Both the position numbers and the translations under genes were made by a program. The notes beneath the pieces are model-generated. The model saw only the letters and a list, made by a program, of their open reading frames with translations. It was not told the DNA's origin and ran no database searches. A stretch of 59,196 nt of DNA from Verrucomicrobiales bacterium (GTDB lineage: Bacteria > Verrucomicrobiota > Verrucomicrobiia > Verrucomicrobiales > V1-33): the NCBI GenBank assembly GCA_044239025.1, contig JBIICE010000001.1:1-59196 (forward strand), in the 5' to 3' direction. Positions 20,245 through 30,162 of the stretch are shown here, one piece after another. How positions within the stretch are numbered: the first letter of the stretch is position 1; every line of letters begins with the position of its first letter.

Positions 20245-21025
20245 GCTTCGAGAACGGACCCTTCTCCGAATACTTCTGCGTGGCGCGCTGATTCAGGCGC
20301 TCCGGCTGCAGTTCCGGGCTGTCCGGCGGAACAAGGCGGATGCTGCGGATTTCGAAACGGCGGGTCGGGCAATCATTCGTGTCCACCGCCATGCCGGCGA
20401 TCGCTTCCAGGGCTTCCAGACCGTAGGTCACCTTCCCGAAAACCGTATACTTTCCATCGAGCGCCTTGGCCGACCGCAGCATCACGTAGAACTGGCTGCC
20501 GCTCGACTGCTTGTCCGGGGAATCGATGGGACCCTGACGGGCCATGGCAATGGCGCCCTTGTCGTGGATGCCCGACAGTTCCGGGGCGAGCCGGTACCCG
20601 GCATCCGTGAGGCCCCATTCAGTGCGGCGGCCATCATCGCGCGAGGCCGGGTCACCCGTCTGCACAAGGTACCCCTGCATGGCCCGGTGGAAGGCCTGGC
20701 GATCGTAGAATTTCGCGTGCACGAGCTTCTGGAAATTGGCGACGGTCTTCGGAGCAATGTCCGGGCGCAGTTCCATGACAATCTTGCGCGCGTTGCCGTT
20801 GATGTCGACCACCATGACGGCATTCCGGTAAGCTGCACCCGGCCGGAGCGGCGTGCCCGGGGCGGCGGGGTCGCCGGCCAGTTCTTCCGGGCTGGCGGCC
20901 TGACGGGGCCGGAAGATGCCCATGGTCTTGTCCGCGGCGGTATTGACGGCGTTCGTGACCGTGCTGCAGGAACTCAGCGCGGCGGCGGCCGACACCGCGA
21001 GGAGGATCCGGAGTGGAAAAATCAT
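20225..21025 (-). CDS. Cyclophilin-type peptidyl-prolyl cis-trans isomerase, lipoprotein
   Basis: Lipobox-like signal (LLAVSAAAALSSCS). Cyclophilin blocks MELRPDIAPKTVANFQKLV, FHRAMQGYLVQTGDP and SGSQFYVML. Confidence 0.88.
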   Translation of the reverse strand: MIFPLRILLAVSAAAALSSCSTVTNAVNTAADKTMGIFRPRQAASPEELAGDPAAPGTPLRPGAAYRNAVMVVDINGNARKIVMELRPDIAPKTVANFQKLVHAKFYDRQAFHRAMQGYLVQTGDPASRDDGRRTEWGLTDAGYRLAPELSGIHDKGAIAMARQGPIDSPDKQSSGSQFYVMLRSAKALDGKYTVFGKVTYGLEALEAIAGMAVDTNDCPTRRFEIRSIRLVPPDSPELQPERLNQRATQKYSEKGPFSKLMERFW

Positions 21026-21094
21026 ACGGCGGAGACGATTGAATCGCTCGCCCGAAGGTCAAGGGGCATTCCACCTCCGCGATGGGGGGCGCGG

Positions 21095-22843
21095 TCAGGG
21101 AGCCGGGGCGGCTTCCGATTCGTCGGCAAGGAAGGCCGTCTGGCAGAGTTCCGCGTAGAGGCCCCCGGCGGCCAGCAGTTCCGCGTGCGTTCCCTGTTCC
21201 GTGACTTCGCCGAGATTGAGCACGTAGATGCGGTCGGCATGGCGGACGGTCGAGAGGCGGTGCGCGATCACGAACGAGGTGCGGTTCACCATGAGGCGCT
21301 CGAGGGCCTGCTGGATGAGGCGTTCCGTTTCGGTGTCGACGCTCGCCGTGGCTTCGTCGAGCAGCAGGATCGGTGGATTGCGGAGAAGCGCACGGGCAAT
21401 GGAAAGGCGCTGTTTTTCGCCGACGCTGAGCCGGACGCCGCGTTCACCGACCTGCGTGTCGAGGGTCTCGGGCAGGCGTTCCACGAATCCGCGGGCGTTG
21501 GCTGCCGCAAGGACCCGCCAGAGATCCTCGTCGCTGGCGTCACGCCTGGCAATGCGGAGGTTGTCGCGCACCGTGCCATTGAAGAGGAAACTTTCCTGGG
21601 TGACGTAGCCGATGTGGCTCCGGAGACTCCGCTTGTCGATGTCGCGCAGGCTCTGCCCATCGATGCGGATGTCGCCACCGTCCCATTCGTAAAAGCGCGT
21701 CAGCAGATTGATGATCGTCGATTTTCCCGCTCCCGTGGGGCCGACGAGGGCCACCACCTGCCCGGGCCTGGCTTCCAGTGAGACGCCTTTGAGGGTGGCC
21801 TGTTTGCCGGAATAGGTGAAGGTGACACCTTCGAATTCCACATGACCAGCCGTCAGCCGGAGCGGTTGGCCCGACGCGGCATTCTTTTCCGGTTCGGCAT
21901 CGAGTACGTCAAAGACGCGGTCGGCGGCGGCCCGGCCCGCCTGGAGGATCTGGTTGAGCTGATGCAGGGCTCCGATGGGTTCGTAGAGGAACGGCATCAG
22001 AAAGAGGAATCCGCCCGTGAAATCCCCCAGCGACAGCGTGCCGGCAAGGACGCGCTGACCTCCGAAATAAAGCACGAGAATCGTTCCCGTGGCCCCGAGG
22101 AAATTCATGGACGGCCGGTAGAGGGACCACGCCCGCATGACGCGGAGCGTGGCGCTGCGGAGGCGGTCGCTGAATTCATTGAAGCGCCCGTGCTCCGCTG
22201 TTTCCATGCCGAAGGCCTTGATCTGACGGATGCCGCTGATGTTGTCGTGCAGCATGCTGTTCATCTCGCTGGTCGCTTTGCGGACGTGCTTGTAACGGCC
22301 CCGTGCGGTCATGGTGTACCAGAGCGCCCCGGCGGCGAGGAAGGGGATCGGAATCAGGGCGACCGATGCCAGCAGCGGGTCTTTCCAGAACATGGCCGCA
22401 CTCACCACGGCAATCTGCAGGATGGCGACCAATCCCTGCTCCACGCCGTCGATGAGCACGCGTTCCATGCTCGTGACATCTTCCGCCACGGTCGTCATGA
22501 GGTCACCGGTCGGTTTCTGGTCGAACCATGGCAGCGGGAGCTGCTGGAGCCGCTCATAGAGGTCGCTCCGGATATCGAAGATGACATGCTGCTCGAGCGT
22601 GTTGTTGCAGCGGATGCGCAGCGCGTTGAAGAAATCGCGGCCGAAATAAGCGGCGGCGGCCAGCAGTACCCACGGCAGCAGCAGTTCGCTCCGGCCCCCT
22701 TTGATGACATCGTCAATGATCACGCTGACCGCCTTGGGCGGAACGAGAACGACGAGTGTGCCCGCGATGGCAAAGACAATCTGGGCGGCTGCCAGCCAGG
22801 GATGGCGCCGCAGCCACGGCAGCACTCTCAGGATCGTTTTCAT
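21095..22843 (-). CDS. ABC transporter, fused permease/ATPase (MsbA-like exporter)
   Basis: Six-TM exporter domain followed by Walker A GPTGAGKST, signature LSVGEKQRLSIARAL and Walker B ILLLDEATS. The start is set at MKTILRVLPWLRRHPW (ATG 22843-22841); the track ORF starts at 22993. Confidence 0.88.
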   Translation of the reverse strand: MKTILRVLPWLRRHPWLAAAQIVFAIAGTLVVLVPPKAVSVIIDDVIKGGRSELLLPWVLLAAAAYFGRDFFNALRIRCNNTLEQHVIFDIRSDLYERLQQLPLPWFDQKPTGDLMTTVAEDVTSMERVLIDGVEQGLVAILQIAVVSAAMFWKDPLLASVALIPIPFLAAGALWYTMTARGRYKHVRKATSEMNSMLHDNISGIRQIKAFGMETAEHGRFNEFSDRLRSATLRVMRAWSLYRPSMNFLGATGTILVLYFGGQRVLAGTLSLGDFTGGFLFLMPFLYEPIGALHQLNQILQAGRAAADRVFDVLDAEPEKNAASGQPLRLTAGHVEFEGVTFTYSGKQATLKGVSLEARPGQVVALVGPTGAGKSTIINLLTRFYEWDGGDIRIDGQSLRDIDKRSLRSHIGYVTQESFLFNGTVRDNLRIARRDASDEDLWRVLAAANARGFVERLPETLDTQVGERGVRLSVGEKQRLSIARALLRNPPILLLDEATASVDTETERLIQQALERLMVNRTSFVIAHRLSTVRHADRIYVLNLGEVTEQGTHAELLAAGGLYAELCQTAFLADESEAAPAP

Positions 22844-22904
22844 GGGTCGTTTGACAGCCCGCGATGCGTAGCTGAAGCGGCAGTAAGTCGCCCACCCCCC
22901 CTGA

Positions 22905-23573
22905 ATGCAACGGAAGAACAGTCGTCCTGCGAAAAGCACCATCCTTGCCCGGTGGCTGCTCACCGCAGGACTTGCCGCCGCCGTGGGGGTCAATGTGTGG
23001 ATGACTCAGCGCAGCGCGCGCCGGGTGCATTACGACGCGGCGGATGTCCCGCCGACCGCGGTCGGTGTGGTCCTCGGAACAAGCCGGATGGTCGGTGGCC
23101 GCGAGAATGCCCACTTCCGGGTCCGCATCGATGCGGCTGCCGAACTGTACCGCGCCGGCAAGGTCCGGCATCTGCTGCTCAGCGGCGATAATCAGCGGCC
23201 CGATTACAACGAACCCCGGGACATGAAGGAGGCCCTCATGGAAATGGGGGTGCCCGGCGACAGCATGACCCTCGATGCGCGCGGCCTGCGCACGCTGGAT
23301 TCCATGATCCGGGCCCGGCGGAAGTTCGGAGTGACGGAGTGCGTGATCATTTCCGATGACTTCCATCTGCCCCGGGCCGTCTGGCTCGCGGATCGCCATG
23401 GGATCGAGGCGACGGCCTTCGTGGGGCGACGGCTGCCGTGGTCCATTTCAGGGAAGACAAGGGTGCGCGAATGGCTCGCGCGGCTGGGAGCGGTGGTTGA
23501 TGAAGTGAGCGGATCCGAGCCGTTCATCGAGGGGGAAGCGGTGAGTCTGCCGGTCACGGGACCACGGGGTTGA
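22905..23573 (+). CDS. sanA: SanA/YdcF (DUF218) family envelope protein
   Basis: An N-terminal TM helix followed by VVLGTS...RIDAAAELYRAGKVRHLLLSGDN...YNEPRDMKEALMEMGVP...DSMIRARRKFG, as in SanA. Confidence 0.8.
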   Translation: MQRKNSRPAKSTILARWLLTAGLAAAVGVNVWMTQRSARRVHYDAADVPPTAVGVVLGTSRMVGGRENAHFRVRIDAAAELYRAGKVRHLLLSGDNQRPDYNEPRDMKEALMEMGVPGDSMTLDARGLRTLDSMIRARRKFGVTECVIISDDFHLPRAVWLADRHGIEATAFVGRRLPWSISGKTRVREWLARLGAVVDEVSGSEPFIEGEAVSLPVTGPRG

Positions 23574-23650
23574 GGGAGCTTTCCTTTCCGGACGCCGGAG
23601 GGTGCAATGGGCGATTGCCTTTCGCAGCCGGGGCCGCAGGATGGCGGCCC

Positions 23651-25135
23651 ATGAGATTTCCGTGGTTTCTTGCGCTGCGGTACCTGAAGCCGAAGCGCAC
23701 TTTCATTTCCATCATCACCGTGATTTCGGTGGTGGGGGTCGCGCTTGGAGTGGCTGTGCTCCTCATCGTGATTGCCGTGATGAGCGGCTTCGAAAAGCGC
23801 ATCAAGGAGGAATGGCTGAAGGTCGAGCCGCCACTCATGCTCGAGGACACCACACGGCAGTTTTTCGCCGGCGCGGATGCTCCCGGCGATGACGGGGTCC
23901 CGGTCTGGCGGGAACTGCTCACGGGCGTCATGCAGCACCCCGGGGTGACCGGCGCTTCGCCCTACCTCAATGTGACCACGCTCATGCAGCTGGCCCCGGA
24001 GGGATCGCTCGACGCCGCCAGCATCGAAATCAAGCCAGACAGCGGCGAGGCCGCGCCGGTCGAATCTCCCGCTGCCACGGAAACGCCGGCCAGCGGCGGC
24101 GGACCCGACCCGAAACGCCCCGTGGCCAATGCCATGATCGTGGGCGTGGATCCCGACGACGCCGTGCAGATGGAACGGCTGCAGCGCCGCTTCTCGGAAA
24201 GCAATCCCGATGGCCATTTCGACATCACGGGCACCTCGCTCGTCCTCAGTATCGAACTGGTCGACCGGCTCCTCCGCGGCAGCGATGCCGGATTCACGGC
24301 CGGGGAAAGCCGCGTCAATGTCTTCGGCCCCAGCTACATCAACGAAGTCGTCAGCTACAGCGAGGAAAAACGGGCGGCCCAGGGCGACGCTCAGAGGGAA
24401 GCCGCCGTCGATCAGAAGGAACGCGAGTACCCTCTGCCGGCTGAGCTGACCGTCACGGGCATCTATTCCGACGCCAAGCAGGCCGGCCTCGGCTTCGTCT
24501 CGCTGAAGACCGCGCAGCGGCTGGCGGGATCGGGCACGGCCGTGGATGGTCTCATGGTGGACATTGCCGATCCATTCAAGGCAGGAGAAATGGCGCAGTC
24601 GCTCGAGCAATCCGGTCTCCTGCCGCCGGGCTGGCAGACGGTCACGTGGATGGAACGTCACCGCGAACTCTTCGATGCGGTCGCCAATGAACGGGGCATG
24701 ATGTACATCGTGCTGGGCTTCATTTCGGTGGTCGCCGCCTTCTGCATCATGAACACCATGATCACCATGGCGGTGCAGAAGCGCCGGGAAATCGGCATGA
24801 TGCGGGCCCTCGGGGCGCGGACTTCCCAGATTGTCGCGGTCTTCGTGGCCCAGGGCCTCGTGGTGGCCACGCTGGGGGTCGGGCTCGGTTACGCGCTCGG
24901 CATGGCGGTGCTCACCTGGCGCAATGAACTGCGGCGCTTCATCAACGATCACTTCGCATGGAAGATCTTTGATGAACGGATCTACGGGCTCCGGGAAATT
25001 CCGGCGGAACTGCGGCCCATCGATGTGATCATCATCTGCGGCATTGCCTTCATTCTCTGCACGCTGGCGGCGGTCCCGCCGGCTCTTGCCGTGGGCAGGA
25101 TGGCTCCGGCTCGGGCGCTGCGCAACGACCGCTGA
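23651..25135 (+). CDS. LolC/LolE-type (FtsX/MacB-like) ABC transporter permease with an enlarged periplasmic domain
   Basis: MRFPWFLALRYLKPKRTFISIITVISVVGVALGV N-terminus and an FtsX-type C-terminal 3-TM bundle (MRALGARTSQIVAVFVAQG...). No cognate ATPase gene lies next to it. The start is ATG 23651; the track ORF starts at 23570. Confidence 0.85.
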   Translation: MRFPWFLALRYLKPKRTFISIITVISVVGVALGVAVLLIVIAVMSGFEKRIKEEWLKVEPPLMLEDTTRQFFAGADAPGDDGVPVWRELLTGVMQHPGVTGASPYLNVTTLMQLAPEGSLDAASIEIKPDSGEAAPVESPAATETPASGGGPDPKRPVANAMIVGVDPDDAVQMERLQRRFSESNPDGHFDITGTSLVLSIELVDRLLRGSDAGFTAGESRVNVFGPSYINEVVSYSEEKRAAQGDAQREAAVDQKEREYPLPAELTVTGIYSDAKQAGLGFVSLKTAQRLAGSGTAVDGLMVDIADPFKAGEMAQSLEQSGLLPPGWQTVTWMERHRELFDAVANERGMMYIVLGFISVVAAFCIMNTMITMAVQKRREIGMMRALGARTSQIVAVFVAQGLVVATLGVGLGYALGMAVLTWRNELRRFINDHFAWKIFDERIYGLREIPAELRPIDVIIICGIAFILCTLAAVPPALAVGRMAPARALRNDR

Positions 25136-25145
25136 CCCCTGAGGA

Positions 25146-26552
25146 TTGCCTCTGCCGCGCATGAACACATCTCCCGGAGCCGTGGCGGAACGCAACATCC
25201 GGGCCTTCCTGTGGTTCCGCGTCCTCTTCAATTCCCGGTTCTATTATCCGGTCTACACAATCCTCTTTCTCGATTTCGGACTGAGCCTCGAGCAGTTCGC
25301 CATGCTCAATCTTGTCTGGGCGGCGAGCATTGTTGTTTTCGAAGTTCCCAGTGGAGCGCTGGCCGACCGCATGGGACGCCGCCGTCTCGTCATTTTCTCG
25401 GCGCTGCTCATGGTGGTGGAAATGCTGCTGCTCTGTCTCATGCCGGTCAATGGCGGGGCGCTCACGTTTTCGCTCTTTCTGGTCAACCGGGTGATCAGTG
25501 GCATGGCGGAAGCCTGCTGCAGCGGCGCGGATGAATCCCTCGTCTACGATTCGCTTCCGGAAAATGGCCGCCACGAGGCATGGACCCGCGTGCTGGCAAG
25601 GCTCATGCGCTGGCAGTCGCTCACGTTCATGCTGGTGGCGCTCACGGGGGCGGTGCTCTACGATCCGGCTCCGTCGCGCGGTGGCTGGGATCTGCGCCCG
25701 GATTGGCTCACGGGAATGTCCCGCGAGGCGCACATGCGGCTGCCGCTCTGGGCGAATTTTGCCATGGCGCTGGGCACGGTGGCGGTCAGTCTGCGGTTCG
25801 TGGACACGCATGCCGTCACGGCGGGCCGGCGGAAACTGGGCGAAGTGCTGGCGGGCAGCTTCCGGCAGATGGCTTCCGCGGCGGCTTTCATTCTGCGGTC
25901 GCCGGCTGCCCTCGTGCTCATCCTCACGGGCATGCTCTACGATGGCTTCATGCGGCTATTCTATACGGTGGGGAGCAATTATTACCGGCTCCTTGGCATC
26001 CCGGAGGCCTGCAATGGCATCATCCTTGCCGGTAGTTCAGTCATCGGGATCGGTACGGCCCTCGTTGTGGAGAAGCTCGCCGGAACTCTCCGGCCTTCCC
26101 AGAATCTCGGCATGGTGGCGGTCTTCATCCTGGCGGGACTGACGGGTCTCGCGCTCCAGATCACGGCGTGGCAGGGCTGGGCGGGGGTCCTCTTCGTGGT
26201 GCCTTTCTGGCTGGGCATGCGCTCGCTGCATTACTTCCTGAGTCAGTACCTGCACCGGGTCACGGGGTCGGCGCACCGCGCCACGGTCATCAGCTTCAAG
26301 GGGCTGGCCATGAATCTGGCCTACGGGGCCGCCATGTGGGGGTACGGCACGCAGACGGCATGGCTGCGCCATCAGCACGCCGGGGAACTCGCTCCGCTCG
26401 GCAAGGAGGCCACGGATGTCCGCCTGCTCTCCCTCGCCATGCCCGCATGGCCATGGCTCTTTGCGATCCTTGCCATCCTGCTCGTCCTCTGGATCCGGCT
26501 GCGCTGGGGAAGGGGACTCTCGGGGTTGCTCGCCGCCGCCTCGACGGACTGA
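25146..26552 (+). CDS. MFS transporter
   Basis: About 12 predicted TM helices and an MFS loop motif (GALADRMGRRRLVIF). The start could instead be the MNTSPG Met 15 nt downstream. Confidence 0.8.
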   Translation: MPLPRMNTSPGAVAERNIRAFLWFRVLFNSRFYYPVYTILFLDFGLSLEQFAMLNLVWAASIVVFEVPSGALADRMGRRRLVIFSALLMVVEMLLLCLMPVNGGALTFSLFLVNRVISGMAEACCSGADESLVYDSLPENGRHEAWTRVLARLMRWQSLTFMLVALTGAVLYDPAPSRGGWDLRPDWLTGMSREAHMRLPLWANFAMALGTVAVSLRFVDTHAVTAGRRKLGEVLAGSFRQMASAAAFILRSPAALVLILTGMLYDGFMRLFYTVGSNYYRLLGIPEACNGIILAGSSVIGIGTALVVEKLAGTLRPSQNLGMVAVFILAGLTGLALQITAWQGWAGVLFVVPFWLGMRSLHYFLSQYLHRVTGSAHRATVISFKGLAMNLAYGAAMWGYGTQTAWLRHQHAGELAPLGKEATDVRLLSLAMPAWPWLFAILAILLVLWIRLRWGRGLSGLLAAASTD

Positions 26553-26645
26553 GGCTCGGGGAAGGGCGGGAGGAAATCGGTGGACAGGGGCGTGGTCCCT
26601 TGGTAAGCGCCCCCTTTCATTCACTTCCTACCAACGACACCAGCC

Positions 26646-27914
26646 ATGGCCTATACCACGTGCACTGTTCCTTCCGGCGGCAAGATCTCCATCAGTGGAG
26701 GCAAACTCTCCGTTCCTGCGAATCCCATTGTGCCGTTCATCCGCGGCGATGGCACGGGCCCGGACATCTGGGCGTCGAGCGTGCGCGTTCTCGATGCGGC
26801 CGTCGCAAAGGCCTACCACGGGGAACGGAAAATCGCTTGGATGGAGGTCTTCGCAGGGGAAGAAAGCTTCAAGCGCTTCAATAACTGGCTGCCGGACGAT
26901 ACGGTGGAGGCCTTCCGCGAATTCCTCGTGGGCATCAAAGGCCCGCTCACCACGCCGGTCGGCGGTGGCATCCGCTCGCTCAATGTCGCCCTCCGCCAGT
27001 TGCTCGACCTCTACGTCTGCCTCCGCCCGGTGCAGTACTTCACGGGCGTTCCTTCCCCGGTGAAGCGTCCGGAAAAGGTGGACATGGTCATCTTCCGCGA
27101 GAATACCGAGGACATCTACGCGGGCATCGATTTCCAGGCGGGAGCCGAAGCCGCCACCAAAACACTCGAATTCCTCAAGGCTTCCTTTCCGAAGGAATTC
27201 TCCAAAATCCGCTTCGGCGCGGAATCACCGGACCTCGTCGGCATCGGCATCAAGCCGGTCTCGCAGCCAGGCACGGAACGGCTCATCCGCTCGGCCATCG
27301 AGTACGCCATCATCAATAACCGGAAATCGGTCACCCTCGTCCACAAGGGGAACATCATGAAGTTCACGGAAGGTGCCTTCCGCGACTGGGGCTACGAACT
27401 CGCCAAGAAGGAATTCGGAGCCGAGGAAATCGACGGCGGTCCATGGTGCCGCATCCCGGATGGCAAACCGGGAGCCGGCATCATCATCAAGGACGCCATC
27501 GCGGACATCACGCTACAGCAGGTGCTCACCCGCCCGACGGATTTCGACGTCATCGCCACCCTCAACCTCAATGGCGACTACCTGAGCGACGCCCTCGCGG
27601 CTCAGGTCGGCGGCATCGGCATCGCCCCGGGCGGTAATATCAATTACGTGTCGGGCCACGCCATCTTCGAAGCCACCCACGGCACGGCCCCGAAATACGC
27701 CGACAAGGATGTCGTCAACCCGGGTTCGGTGGTCCTCAGCGGCGAAATGATGCTCCGCTACATGGGCTGGACGGAAGCCGCCGACCTCATCCTCAAGGGC
27801 CTCAATGGAGCCATCGGCAGCCGCAAGGTCACCTATGACTTCGCCCGACTCATGGAGGGAGCCACGGAAATCAAGTGCTCGGCCTTCGGTCAGAACATCA
27901 TCGACCACATGTAA
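26646..27914 (+). CDS. icd: NADP-dependent isocitrate dehydrogenase
   Basis: 422 aa with [33 protein letters not shown] and [23 protein letters not shown]. Confidence 0.93.
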   Translation: MAYTTCTVPSGGKISISGGKLSVPANPIVPFIRGDGTGPDIWASSVRVLDAAVAKAYHGERKIAWMEVFAGEESFKRFNNWLPDDTVEAFREFLVGIKGPLTTPVGGGIRSLNVALRQLLDLYVCLRPVQYFTGVPSPVKRPEKVDMVIFRENTEDIYAGIDFQAGAEAATKTLEFLKASFPKEFSKIRFGAESPDLVGIGIKPVSQPGTERLIRSAIEYAIINNRKSVTLVHKGNIMKFTEGAFRDWGYELAKKEFGAEEIDGGPWCRIPDGKPGAGIIIKDAIADITLQQVLTRPTDFDVIATLNLNGDYLSDALAAQVGGIGIAPGGNINYVSGHAIFEATHGTAPKYADKDVVNPGSVVLSGEMMLRYMGWTEAADLILKGLNGAIGSRKVTYDFARLMEGATEIKCSAFGQNIIDHM

Positions 27915-27925
27915 GGGCCTTTGCC

Positions 27926-28438
27926 ATGCAGCGCCGCGCTTTCTGCCGTCTGGCCACTCTCGCGGGTGCGGGAGCCACGGTTTCGTGTTCCTCCACCCCG
28001 GAGGTCCCCTCGGAGTCATGGCCGGGCACGGCCTTCGATTCGGTCCGGGCTTTCGTCTATGCCTGCGAAGCGGATAAGGATAAGACGTTTGTCCGACCCA
28101 ATGGCTCGCTCCATCCGGGCGTGCTCAATGGCAAGGGCGTGGCACTCAGCCGCACCCAGACCGACCGCCTCGTCGCGGCGGGCCGACGCTACGTGAAGCC
28201 GACGAGCCGTTCGGCCTGCTACGTCCCGCATCACGCCTTCGTGTTCTACTCTGCCGGCCGCCCGGTCGCCTGCATGGAAATCTGCTTCACTTGCCACCGC
28301 CACAATTCCTCGCCATCCGGCCTGCCGCAGGCCATGGATTACGACGCCATCTGGACGCTCCTGCACGAACTGGGCGTCTACGCGGACACCACCCCCGGTT
28401 GCTACCTGCGCCAGTGGAACCAGCGCCCCGCCCGCTGA
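27926..28438 (+). CDS. Hypothetical lipoprotein
   Basis: Signal plus lipobox (MQRRAFCRLATLAGAGATVSCSS). Cys/His-containing segments CYVPHHAF and CMEICFTCHRH. No family recognised. Confidence 0.55.
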   Translation: MQRRAFCRLATLAGAGATVSCSSTPEVPSESWPGTAFDSVRAFVYACEADKDKTFVRPNGSLHPGVLNGKGVALSRTQTDRLVAAGRRYVKPTSRSACYVPHHAFVFYSAGRPVACMEICFTCHRHNSSPSGLPQAMDYDAIWTLLHELGVYADTTPGCYLRQWNQRPAR

Positions 28439-28462
28439 AGCAAGGCGACTCCTCCCCCCACC

Positions 28463-29773
28463 ATGGATTACCAGCAGACCCTCGCGAAACCGGCCAGCCT
28501 CACGGGCACCAGCCTCCACACAGGAGCCAGTGTCACGCTCACCATGAAGCCGGCCCCGCCAGGGCACGGCATCAAATTCCGCCGCATCGACCTCGAGGAC
28601 CAGCCGTTCATCCCGGCCAGCGTCGACAAGGTCCAGATGGTGGAACGTGCCACCACCCTCGCGGAGGGCTCGGTCAAGGTCCACACGGTCGAACACGTCA
28701 TCTCGGCCCTCGCGGGCATGGGCGTCGATAACGCCCTCATCGAAATGGATGCCAACGAACCGCCCATCGGCGATGGCTCGGCGGCTCCCTACGTCGAATG
28801 CATCAAGGCCGCCGGTATCCAGAAGCAGGACCAACTCCGTTCGGTCTACGAGGTCCGCGAACCCATCCACGTGGAAACCGCAGGCGGTAGTCTCATCACC
28901 ATCGTCCCGGACCGCAAGTTCCGCATCTCCTGTACCCAGGTCGGCCCGGATGGTCGCTACACTCAATACTTCAGCACGGAAATCACCCCGGAAACCTACG
29001 AGAAGGAAATCGCCCCAGCCCGCACCTTCGTCTTCTACGAGGACGTCAAGGGCCTCCTCGAAAAGGGCCTCATCAAGGGCGGAAGCCTCGAAAACGCCGT
29101 CGTCATCCGCGACGACAGCGTCATGAGCAAGGAACCCCTCCGCTTCCGCGACGAATTCGTCCGACACAAGATCCTCGATATCGTCGGCGACCTCATGCTG
29201 TTCGGAAAACGCATCATGGGCCACGTCATCGCCGTCAAACCCGGCCACGGCCCGAACACGGAAATGGCCCGCCGACTCAAGGCGGAACACGCCCGCATGC
29301 TCAGCATGGTCCCCATGTCCGTCAGCATCCCCCACGGGGAAGCCGTCCTCGACATCAATGAGGTCATGCGCATCCTCCCGCACCGCTACCCTTTCCTCAT
29401 GGTCGACCGCATCGTCGGCTTCGAAGGCGATTCCAAATGCACGGGCGTCAAGGCGGTCACCATCAACGAACCCTTCTTCCAGGGGCACTTCCCTGGCCAC
29501 CCGGTCATGCCCGGTGTCCTCCAGGTCGAAGCCATGGCCCAGGTCGCCAGCATCCTCATGCTCCGTAAACCGGAAAATCAGGGGAAAATCGGCTACTTCA
29601 TGAGCGCCAATGAAGTCAAATTCCGCCGCCCCGTCGTCCCCGGCGACATGCTCTTCATCGAAGCCGAAATCCTCAAGGTGAAACGCAACATCGGCGTCGC
29701 CCGCGGCCGCTGCACCGTGAACGGCGAAACCACCAGCGAAGGCGAACTCATGTTCAGCCTCATCGGAAAGTAA
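28463..29773 (+). CDS. lpxC: Bifunctional UDP-3-O-acyl-GlcNAc deacetylase / 3-hydroxyacyl-ACP dehydratase (LpxC-FabZ fusion)
   Basis: The N-terminal half is LpxC-like (SLTGTSLHTGASVTLTMKPAP..., HTVEHVISALAGMGVDN). The C-terminal half is FabZ-like (LPHRYPFLMVDRI, FFQGHFPGHPVMPGVLQVEAMAQ). Confidence 0.92.
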   Translation: MDYQQTLAKPASLTGTSLHTGASVTLTMKPAPPGHGIKFRRIDLEDQPFIPASVDKVQMVERATTLAEGSVKVHTVEHVISALAGMGVDNALIEMDANEPPIGDGSAAPYVECIKAAGIQKQDQLRSVYEVREPIHVETAGGSLITIVPDRKFRISCTQVGPDGRYTQYFSTEITPETYEKEIAPARTFVFYEDVKGLLEKGLIKGGSLENAVVIRDDSVMSKEPLRFRDEFVRHKILDIVGDLMLFGKRIMGHVIAVKPGHGPNTEMARRLKAEHARMLSMVPMSVSIPHGEAVLDINEVMRILPHRYPFLMVDRIVGFEGDSKCTGVKAVTINEPFFQGHFPGHPVMPGVLQVEAMAQVASILMLRKPENQGKIGYFMSANEVKFRRPVVPGDMLFIEAEILKVKRNIGVARGRCTVNGETTSEGELMFSLIGK

Positions 29774-29852
29774 CACCACCACGTTCTTTTCCTTGCACTC
29801 CTCCGGTTCCAGGGTATCCCACCCCCGTCACCTCCACGGAAGACCAAATCAC

Positions 29853-29943
29853 GGACAGATGGCAGAGTGGTCGAATGCGCACGCTTGGAAAGCGTGTGTG
29901 CGCTAAAACCGCACCGAGGGTTCGAATCCCTCTCTGTCCGCCA
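29853..29943 (+). tRNA. tRNA-Ser (anticodon GGA), class II with long variable arm, CCA encoded
   Basis: Acceptor stem GGACAGA/TCTGTCC, anticodon stem-loop CACGC-TTGGAAA-GCGTG, T arm GAGGG-TTCGAATC-CCTC, discriminator G, then CCA. It is closely similar to the E. coli tRNA-Ser(GGA) as I remember it. Confidence 0.93.
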
Positions 29944-29995
29944 TTCCTCCCAGTTGCCCCGGACCCGGCACACGGGTGAATCCGCCGACGTGAAA

Positions 29996-30148
29996 GGGCC
30001 CGACTACCCGTCCGAAACCTTCCGTGTCCTCAAGGAAAAGGAAAACCGCCAGTACGGCGAGTACCGCACCCGCCGCCTCGTCCTCGAAGCCTGGGACCGG
30101 ATGGAGGGTGAGGGGGCTTTCGCTGCACTCGACCTGACCCTCTGTTGA
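29996..30148 (+). pseudogene. Orphan 3'-terminal stub of a larger gene (RM-type/defence-enzyme C-terminal tail)
   Basis: Reads GPDYPSETFRVLKEKENRQYGEYRTRRLVLEAWDRMEGEGAFAALDLTLC*. The GEYRT+RL+LEAWD ending is one I remember from the C-termini of large type IIG/methyltransferase-type enzymes. The upstream reading frame runs straight into the tRNA, so no functional N-terminus can exist. Confidence 0.5.
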
Positions 30149-30162
30149 GTATAAGATCCGCC

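Noticed and set aside
20042-21781. 579-aa plus-strand ORF
   Set aside because: It is antisense to the cyclophilin and ABC-transporter genes, both of which have clear family motifs. This ORF has none.
23204-25231. 675-aa minus-strand ORF
   Set aside because: It is antisense to sanA and the LolC/E-like permease. It has low-complexity Arg/His/Gly composition.
28016-29782. 588-aa minus-strand ORF
   Set aside because: It is antisense to the LpxC-FabZ fusion gene. Its Asp/Gly/Ala/Val-rich text is typical of reverse-frame translation of a GC-rich gene.
29867-30148. 93-aa track ORF treated as an intact gene
   Set aside because: Its first ~26 codons are the tRNA-Ser gene itself. Only the last ~50 codons look protein-like, so I report those as a gene stub, not a CDS.
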